Assembly (NCBI GenBank): GCA_013239625.1
Contig: MU053881.1
Coordinates: forward strand, 8,641,957 to 8,705,956
Length of the DNA stretch: 64,000 nt
DNA from: Lama guanicoe
Lineage: Eukaryota
Direction: 5' to 3'
The position numbers and the translations under genes are program-made. Shown piece by piece: positions 55,067 to 64,000 of the stretch (positions are counted from its first letter, which is position 1; each line of letters opens with the position of its first letter). The notes beneath the pieces are model-generated. The model ran no database searches. It had not been told where the DNA came from and was given only the letters and a program-made list of their open reading frames with translations.

Positions 55067-56349
55067 CTATATATATACAAAAAAAAAATGAAATGCTATA
55101 CTGGAAGACGCTATTCAGTGTAGTTCCTTTCCTAGACTCTTCCTTCCTCCATGGAATTTTCTCCACATTCCCTGATACTAATTGGCTATTTTCACACATC
55201 CATGCTTTATTGCTTCACCAACTTCCTTATCTTTTCCTTAATGATGTCTATAGCATTTAAAGTTCACATCCCAGCATTTTGGACTTAACGCTGACGTTTC
55301 CCACTGGCGTATCAAGTGCACCCCTCAAACCGGAAGCCCTCAGAAGGCAGGGCCCTGGCATTCTTGCCCATCAATGCATTTCTGGCGCTGAGTGCAGTAC
55401 CTGGCTGACGGCAGGCAGATAAGCATTTGCTGGACGCACAAAATAAATTCAGTCCCCTTCAGCTGACTCGGACAATGTGTTAGGACCCTTATACATTCTT
55501 TTGCAGTGAAAGTCAGTTCCATTTCGACTTCTGAGCCCCTCAGAGCCCTCAGATGGGTGTTGGGGAGGGTGGGTGCTGTGGAATGAATGCTCTGTAAATT
55601 CACGTGGACTGATTCCTCCATTCACTGCAAGCATGTCTTCAGATGCCTGATGCAGACTGGCAGGTTGATCAGAAGACCAGGGGCTGCCGTCTGCACCGCA
55701 CATCTGAGGGCATGGGAGTCACAGCGTGAGGCCAGGAGAGTAAATCTGTATTTCTGTCACTTGGACACACACCCGGCCGCCCGGATGTGATGGGAATCTC
55801 ACTTGCTAACGTGGCAAATTCTCCCCCTGGCAGGAGGGCCTGAGTGTGCCGGCTGCCTGCAGGGGCAGAAACTGGCAGCCTCCAGGCATCCTGGGCACAG
55901 CTGTCAGTGATGGAGAAAAGGTGAAGGCGAGGACCCGGGCTCGGGCTTTTATCAAGAAAGAAGGGACACGATCCGGGGCCACAGCTGGGAGATGGCATGC
56001 ACCATCCAGGGAAGCAGGGGATGGAGGACCAGCTGTCCCCTCTGCACTTGCTAGCAGGATGACCTCACCCTGCCTGCTCCAGGTTACTCCCTGCTCACTC
56101 CTAGGAGCTTCATGGGCTCAAAAGTTGTTTGCGAGTGGCAATTTGTCATGGTCACTGACAGATGGTGCAGGACCAATGAGATACAGCCTCCCAAGCGTCC
56201 CTGCCTTATGGGTAAAGGGTACACACACCCTTATACCCACAACCACACACCCCCTCACACACACACAACCACATTTTAATCTTTTTCTTATTAAAGATCA
56301 GAAGCGTACCTTTGATAGGAATCACTGGGGAGGGGACAGTGTTTTGTGA

Positions 56350-56740
56350 AACATGCATAACCTCAATCTAATCACGAGAAAATATCAGACAAACCGACAT
56401 GGAGGGACGAACCAAAAGCCATGTGACCAGAACGCGAGACGGTCAAGATCACGAAACACAAGGGGAAGGGTGAGCAGCCCTCACAGGTTGGAGGGGACTA
56501 AGGACACGTGACAACCAAACACGATGTGGGATCTGGACCAGAAAGAAGAGGGCAAAATTAGGAACAAGTGTGTAAATTAGTCAATAGCATTGACCAATGT
56601 GAACTGCCTGGTTTTGACAACCGAACTTTGATAACGAAAAATGTTGACACTGGGGGAATCTGGGTGGACTCTGGGAACTCCATGCACTGTTTCTGTAACT
56701 TGTCTGCAAGACTAAAACGATTTCAACACAAAAAGCTAAA
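56350..56740 (+). mobile_element. Ancient L1MC/ME-like 3' UTR fragment
   Basis: cataacctcaatctaatcacgagaaaatatcagacaaacc...gggatctggaccagaaa...cctggttttgacaa...gggaactc. Confidence 0.65.
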
Positions 56741-57424
56741 AATTTTGGGAGGGAGGTAGTAGTTAAACTAGGATTTCTCCCACATTGCGAGGAGAACCGA
56801 CAAGATACTATGTTTCAAGTGCTTTCCACAATGCCTGGTACATATTTAATACTTAAAAATGATTAGTTATTATTAAAAAGCTACCGGAAGTGGAGACTTC
56901 ACACACCACAAGTAAATCATTAGATTTGCCCGTTGGAAGCTGGCAGAGTGAAATCTGTACGCCTGTGTTGACTGCTTTCTCACTTCACCACACGGCTGTA
57001 GGTGGTGATTTTTGTTATTTTCGGGAGCCTGTACTTGGGAGACGAACTGCTCAAGGCTTGAATTTCCCTAGAAGCCAGGCTGGCTCGCACGTGCTCAGGC
57101 CGACTTTTGGGGATCCTTGGAGATCCTTGAAATGAACGTGTGAGAAGCGGGCTTGGCTTGAATGCTCAGGGCAGTGAAAATACTCCTTTCTCGATGGGGT
57201 TAAAGGTGGCACTGACATTTCCTATATTTATTGCCATTGATTCTATTTTTTTTTTTAAACTTTTAATTTTGACATTGTTCCTTCTCAAATAAATATGTCT
57301 ATGTGAACCTAATGAGGAGACTTAATGAAATATGTTATTAAGTGGATCGAAATACTGATGGCACAGGAATTTGGCAAAAGTCATAAAGATGGTACATGAA
57401 AGAGCAAAGTTTGGGAGATGAGGG

Positions 57425-57605
57425 TTTTTTAAAACCTTTTTATTTATTAAAAATACTTCATTATATTTATTGGTTTTGTTTATTTTGGGGGGGAGGTAAT
57501 TAGGTTTCTTTATTTACCTATTTATTTTAATGGAGGCACTGGGGATTGAACTCAGGGCCTTGTGCATGCTAGTCACACGCTCTACCACTGAGCTATACCT
57601 TCTTC
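57425..57605 (-). mobile_element. tRNA-derived SINE (Vic-1-like)
   Basis: gggaggtaattaggttt...ggaggcactggggattgaactcagg...ctctaccactgagctatacc. Confidence 0.85.
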
Positions 57606-59945
57606 TGAAATTAGGGTCTGAAGTGATTATCCACACTGCTGTTACAAATGAAGTAGCTTGCACTGTGCCCATTTCAAAAATGCTAAGGAAGAAACATCTT
57701 TAGCACAAAGAGATTGACGCTTACTCCTAACATTCTGAAGCCGACTTTGCCAAGGAGAAAGCCATTCTGTTCTTTAAACGCTTCCATTTTGTTCACTGCG
57801 GGCATCAACAGCTGAATTAAAATATACAGCAAGTTCAAAGGCCGATTTCAGGAACGGCTCCTGAGTGTGCAGAAGTCACTACTCCAAACAGCCACTCAAT
57901 ATCTGTTTCGTAAGGATCAATCATCTAGCAGGGCTAATGCACGCTTGGAGTGTGCGCCCCGCCACAGCGCAGGTGGTGAATGCAAAACACACACCGAGAG
58001 GCCTTTTAAGCAGCTGAATGCACACCCCATTACGGATCCGTAATGCGGGACGGACGCTCAGCTACAGATGGATTTACAGTGAGGTGTTCTTAAATGGCTG
58101 GGCTACTCAGGGCTGAAAGGCCAGTCACTGGATATGCAGCTGGAGCACACGCGGTTTTTAGGATGAATAATACATCAATGTGTGTCAGGCTTAATATACA
58201 CTTACAGCTCGCAGGCTGGAGGCTGCGGGTTCAGCCCATTTGCAGCCGCCTAGCAAAGGACTATTCCGTTCTTCCTCTCATTAATGCCTTCACTCCTAGG
58301 AAAATTAGATTACGCAAAAGAAGTCATTCAAATGCTACTGAGGTTGTTCCTCCTTTAAAGTCTTCTCTAGGAAAGGTATTCAGCAGCGCATCTGCCTCCT
58401 GCCTCCACCAGGGCCCCTCAGAACCCGGGCGCAGGCTGACCGGTTGGAGCCCCGGACTCTGCTGTCTGCTTGGAGTTGCGCCCACCCTGCCACTGGGCTG
58501 AGTCCCCGAAGGTGGAGAGCAGCCAAGAGAATGGGCCGGTGGCTTCTTGCTCTCTTTTCCTTTGGTATCTGACAGGTTGACCAGACCTCTCACGTGACTG
58601 CGTGATAGAGGGTATAAACACAGGTGGTACTGCTTCGGAATTAGTCTCGCACACATGCAGCTGAATCCAGAATTTTAGGCGCAAAAAAGTCCTATTCACA
58701 TATCAGTCAGCATTCAGAAGGGTGGAAATAGCAGATCTATGAAATACTATGAATATGCGAAATGCGATTTTTTTCCCAAGCAATGGTGGCGGCGGGGGGG
58801 GGGTGGGGAGAGGGGGTGGGGTGGGGTGATAGTATTGAACATTTACAGGGCGGCTTTATTAAGGATTGCCTCATTCTCAGAACGTCAAGGCAGGATGGTC
58901 TTTTAATGAAGAGCACATTAAAGAATGAAAATATTTTATGAGTACATAAATAAATATAATATGATACATACAAGTAAAAGATGGTAAAAATAAACCCTCT
59001 GAGGGCTCACGATGTGTTCTGCTATGAGCTTTGGGTGCGTTCTCTCATTCCCTTCTCACAATGACCTTGGGAAGGGATTACACACTTTTCCAGAGGAGGA
59101 AGCTGAGATTCAGAAATGTGAGATCAGATGCTCACGGTCACAGAGATACTGAACGGCCCAGCCTGGGATTGGAACCCAGGAATGCCTGACTCTTGAGCAA
59201 GGAGAATTTTTCAGACCCATTAGTGGGTAGGTAATCAGTGTATTTCATTAAAAAAAATATATAGACAGGATAGAAAAGAAACACTTGTGTGCCCGGGAGT
59301 GTGGACCACATCTAAAATGTGTCAGAGCTCTGCTCTGCACTCCACTTGCCTGCGATAGCACCACTTGAAGGTCATGTTCAAGGTCTCCTGCTAGCTCGGT
59401 GTGCCGCCCCTAAGTCCCCTCTTCTGTGAGAGTCGTTTTCTTTCTTATAATACCTTTCCCCCAAGAATCCCAGGGCCTGAGTCATTCCGTGCAAAGCAGT
59501 GTAGATAAATTAATAATACAATTTAAAACCGATTCTACCAAGATAAATAGCGCTTCCTAGATTAAGAGCCTAGCTGGCCAGAATGAATGAAATTTACTAA
59601 CCCTGAGACGCTTAATCTTCCATTACACAGAAGTTAATGATTATAAGAAAGGAGTGATGGTAATTCACTTCTGCTTTTACAGGAAATCTAACCATCTCAT
59701 TTTTAGCAAATCTTTCTTCTCAGCACACCTCAACGCCAAGGATAACTGCCCTGCTCTTCTAGGTATATTGGCCAATTGTCATATATCAAAGCCTACCCTT
59801 TGCCAAAAGGTTAGGATTTCTAGCATGCATGGGCTTTCAAGCTCTCCCAGTGGGATTTGGTGGGGAGGCTACTTGGGTGCCCCGTCTCCCACCCCTTCTG
59901 AGAGGCCTACTTGCTGTTTTCCAATCAGCGCAGGGCGGCACATAC

Positions 59946-60047
59946 CTTTAGCACAGTCTGCTCCTAGAAATCCTGGGAAGCAGTGACACAGCCCGGAGAC
60001 ACATTCGCCGTTTCCATGGCAGTTACGTGGACAGTCCTGCACTGAAT
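59946..60047 (-). CDS. TENM2: TENM2 coding exon, EGF1 (102 nt, phase 1-1): [34 protein letters not shown]
   Basis: Translated by hand; not in the ORF track. Acceptor ctctctttttcag|AT, donor AAAG|gtatgt, six-cysteine EGF spacing. Confidence 0.96.
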
Positions 60048-61509
60048 CTGAAAAAGAGAGAAATTTAGCAATGACTTTTTCCCTTCTGTCTGCTGGTGAA
60101 GCAACTTAATCATCAGCCATCCACCATTGTTCCGGAGTCATAATCTCAGATCCCAGCAGAGGAACGGCAGTGGGGAGCAAGCGAGGTAGGAGAGAATAGA
60201 GGGTGGTGTGGACTCGGGCAACTTGGACAACGCATAGATGGGACTGCTGCTCTCCACCTGACTAGCCCAGGCAGGAATGCAGGGCTGGTGTGACTGCCAT
60301 TTTTGCTTTTCCAAAAGAAATGACTTATTTGGATTTAAAAACTGAAATTTCTCACGTCTGAATGCTGGCAAGTTTTTCAACACTGTAAGCCCCACTCCCA
60401 CCCCCATCCCCAATATCATCCAATTAATCTGAGATTTGGTCTGACATGTGGGGTGGGGCATCAGCTTTTAGCCTCAGGTATAGAGAGTGGGTCTCCCAAT
60501 GACAGTGGTGGCTCTCAGGATTTTAGACCAAACAAATTCCCTGTGTTAAGGAAAGAAAAGTCTAAATATGTAAGACCGATCAGCTGTGGTATAATTTTGG
60601 GATTCATTAAATAGTAGGTTTGGGGTGATACAGAAGTCCTTTTATGCCTAGCTCTTATAGATCTTTTCATGAAAATCAGTTATTTCACCCTTATTCTAAC
60701 CTGTACTGCCATCTCATTTCATGATTTACCTTGTTCTGTGTACTCTTAAGTCATGCCTTCAAAGGGCTCACTTGGGAACTTTTTCATCTTGATTTGGGTA
60801 TGCACAGAAATAGACATAGTCTTTTAAAATTAAGATTATTATTCTCATTTTGCCTTACATTCAAATAAATACATGTAGACTTTCAGGCTCTAAATTACTA
60901 AGATGATGAAAAGCCACCGTGCTCCAAAGATGACATGCCACCGTCCTTGGGGAGTTGGGGACACTGGCTTGGTGACGTGCATGAAAGACTACGAAGGCTA
61001 ATTGTCCCTAACGGAGTCACCTGCGAGTGGGAAAGGGGATTTTCCTTTAAACCGAATCTCTCATTTATTCCCACTCTGGGCTGAAAAAGCGAACCACGCT
61101 GCTGCGCTTTCTTCCTGCAGCGTTTCACTTCCGAGCTCGCTTCGTCCAGAACCAGGCTGTGGTGGGTTTCTGGCACAAGGAGAACTCCGTCAGCCTATCT
61201 GCTTTTTCAAAATCAGGTGTCAAGTCGAGTTCTTTACTGTCTAACAATGAACCCTTCAGGCTGACCTCCTTGAGGCTGGCTCTGTAAAGGTGGGCTGAGA
61301 AGCATCCAAGTGACTGATTTGTTTCAGCTAACAAATCCTTCTTTTCCTTCCTCCCTTCCTCCAAGAAGCATCAGGCTGAATCATTAGAAGGAGCTGCTTT
61401 TGCAGATCAAAAGTGAGCAGTTTCACACGATGTTTGGAGACAATCCGCCATGGGTCTCTTGGGTTGCTGAATGTGTTATGAGCCTGCCTGAGCTCTGGAC
61501 TGTCTTTTT

Positions 61510-61925
61510 TAAGGTTGTCCCTACAGTGCAAAGCCTTGGGAGACAGAGATACTGTCTGTCCCCAGAGCAGAGGGCAGGTTCAGTCACTGTCCAGTAGAAT
61601 AAAGACAGTGCCTCCCTTGGGGGAGAAGAATGAGCAAGCTCACTGCCTATTCGGAGACTCAGTGACAGTAAACCCTGGGTTCCTCTCCCGTAATGCAACC
61701 CACTGCGTGTGTGGGCATCACCTGGCCCTGTTTCTGTTGCCCTGTGGGAACTGGGGCTTGGGGCTTAGGGAGCCGGCACATCTGCTGACTGTCTGGATAT
61801 TACACAGTTCTGAGAAATAAAGTCCTTTGTCTCTGACCGAGGAGTTCCATGTTTTCTGATAACATCTATGAAACCGTCGCTGGCTGATGTGTTAGCTTAC
61901 GATTAGGGTGAGATCTCAGACCTGC
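61510..61925 (+). mobile_element. Ancient LTR remnant (MER54/MER74-like, family uncertain)
   Basis: aataaagtcctttgtctctgacc...catctatgaaac...gttagctt...attagggtgagatctcagacc resembles the 3' end of such LTRs. Confidence 0.55.
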
Positions 61926-61949
61926 CATGGCCCTTGACTTTGGGTTTCC

Positions 61950-62470
61950 TTTATGAACTGAGCACCTGTTAGATGCAAGACATTCTACACGGCACTGGTA
62001 AATACAGTGGTGGCTAAGACAGACACAGTCCTTGCCCTCACGGAACTTTCCCTGTTGTAGAGAATATAGGCTAAAAAAAAAAAAAATCATCAAATGAATA
62101 AAAACTGTGATATGTGCTCTGAAGAGAATAGGATACTGTGAGCGGGAGTAAGAGGAGGATGGCTAGGGAGGGACTGTCTAATCTATGCAGGTGACAAATA
62201 AGTTGAGCTGGAACAGCTGAGTGAAGAGCTAGGACAGGAGTATTCCAGGCAGGAGGGATAGCTTATGCAAAGGCCCTGAGGTGGAAAAGAGCAGAACGGA
62301 AGCCAACGCGGCTGGAGGGTAGCAAAAACAAAGAGGAAACTCAGATCATCCAGGGCCCTGGAGGCCATGTGGATGCGAAGGACTTTATTCTGGGAACAAG
62401 GGGCACAAATGAAAAGTTTTAACCACAGTAATGGCATCAGCCAGCTCGCATTTTAAGAAGCCACCCCTCC
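61950..62470 (-). mobile_element. L2 LINE fragment
   Basis: agacacagtccttgccctcacggaactt...attccaggcagg...tgcaaaggccctgaggtgg...cattttaagaag. Confidence 0.78.
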
Positions 62471-63844
62471 AGCAAGGTAGAGCTTGCTTCTCACTGAGCA
62501 TGCATCTGGGTCTGGGGACAGTTTGGTGGAAACTGACATTGCTGAGGTCACAGCTCCATGTTCTCAGACCTAACATCCTCAGAGACAGAGCAGTGCTCTC
62601 TGACAGAGGAAGCTCTCTGCTACCACGGTCCCAGGGAAAAGGACCACGGTCTTCGCACAGGCTCTTTGCTGGGCTGGAGGGCCTCCCTGCCCTCTAGCTG
62701 AGGCATTTATCCTAAAGTCTCGGTTTAGAAAACATTTAGCTGCAAGGATCTTCCTTCCCCATTTCCCTTTCCCGTGTCCCCTTAATTCTTATAATTGCCT
62801 TTTTTACCTATGTGTCTACTTTCATCACGTTCCACGAGGAAGAGACCAGATCTGAACTGTGCACTGAGGCAGTCTCACTGAGTTGTTGAAGTGCGTGAGT
62901 GTGTGCGTGTGTATATATGTGTGTGTGTGCACCTGCATCTCGGACTGTAGGAGAATCCAAAATAAGCAAAAACTGCAGTAAAGAGTCTTTTTCATTGATT
63001 TCTCCCAAGATCTTATCTTTGAAGCATTTCCACAGTTTTCAAGGGAAGAAACAATCACGAGGTCCTGATGAAACAGAGACGGAGCCCCCCCCCCTCCCCC
63101 AACACTCAATTAAATGTTACCCTTGAAATCTTATCGCCTTTCCTTTCTGTCCACCTGGCTGAAACTCTGTGGAGGAGACAAGGGCAGGTGATGAGAGTCA
63201 GCCCAGGAAATGGGATTTTTTTTTTTTAACAAAGGCGGAGGCTGGCCTCCCTGAGATCTGCACTGGGCGTCGGGAATGCCGCTCTGTTGTCCCTTGAGAT
63301 GAAACTCATTTCTGAAAGCAGGCTGCTTCTCTCCAAAACACATCAAAAGACTTCTCGGAGTCAAAGGGACATGTAGCGTGATGGCTGGTTGATGGCTGTT
63401 TGACACCCGTCTGAGACCCTTCCTTCTGTTTCATATCACAGGGCCTTTGGGCGCTCCTGGCTGCTCCTGATGGAGAACGCTCTGATGACAGATATGTGTG
63501 GGAGAGTCTCTGAGCCAAATAAAGCACTGTGCTGTTCCCTACATTTCAGGCCAATTACTATCATTGCTTTATCAAGATGTCTGCCCGACTATTAGGCCGA
63601 TTACCTCTGACTTTCTCTTTGAGCTACGGTCCAGACGAGAGAAATCCTCTGGGGAGAACTGCCATTCCCCGCTCTGACAGGCGAGTGAGGGTAATGGCCT
63701 GGGGGAAGGACATCTCACCACCGCCGTCTGTGTCCGTGCGGATAACGGTGATGGAGGCAGAAGCCATCGTTAGATAATGGCCCCCAGACAACTTGCTGCA
63801 CAGGAGGGGAAAGGAATTTATTTGGCTAGAATCCAGTGCGATCC

Positions 63845-64000
63845 AGTGGTTAAGAGCAAAGGCTCAGAGAGCCCGAATCCTGATCCACCTCTTACTAGCT
63901 GCGTGTGACTGTGGGCCGGTCCTTTAACTTGTCCGAGTCTGGGCTTCCCGAATTGGAAAACAGAACGTTGGCAGTACCGACCTCATATGGCTACTCCGTG
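63845..64000 (+). mobile_element. MIR SINE (truncated by window end)
   Basis: agtggttaagagc...ggctc...cttactagctgcgtgtgact...gtaccgacctcatatgg. Confidence 0.7.

Noticed and set aside
60048..64000. Upstream TENM2 exon preceding EGF1
   Set aside because: No matching reading frame with splice sites was found; it presumably lies beyond the window.

Overview
Mammalian genomic DNA, probably a camelid: it carries several copies of a tRNA-derived SINE resembling the camelid Vic-1 family. The whole window lies inside teneurin-2 (TENM2) on the minus strand. Five coding exons encode all eight EGF-like repeats. In transcript order they are 60047-59946 (EGF1, missed by the ORF track), 42345-42151 (EGF2-3), 36055-35855 (EGF4-5), 34139-33954 (EGF6-7) and 1581-1435 (EGF8). 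All are phase 1-1 with GT-AG boundaries. The rest is intron containing L1, L2, MIR, hAT (MER5/20/58), LTR and SINE remnants, and nearly all other ORFs in the track are spurious. There is no prokaryotic system or CRISPR array. The main observations are: (1) the 27-nt extension encoding the GRQTAGTET splice insert is intact but ends at a weak non-canonical CAG|gcacat donor; (2) a diverged ~130-bp local duplication (5229-5358 / 6493-6632) with an identical 19-nt core; (3) candidate cryptic or micro-exons in the 32-kb EGF7-EGF8 intron; (4) a sense-oriented solo LTR carrying AATAAA. Gene and repeat identities come from recalled sequences, not database searches, and repeat boundaries are approximate unless a target-site duplication (TSD) is given.
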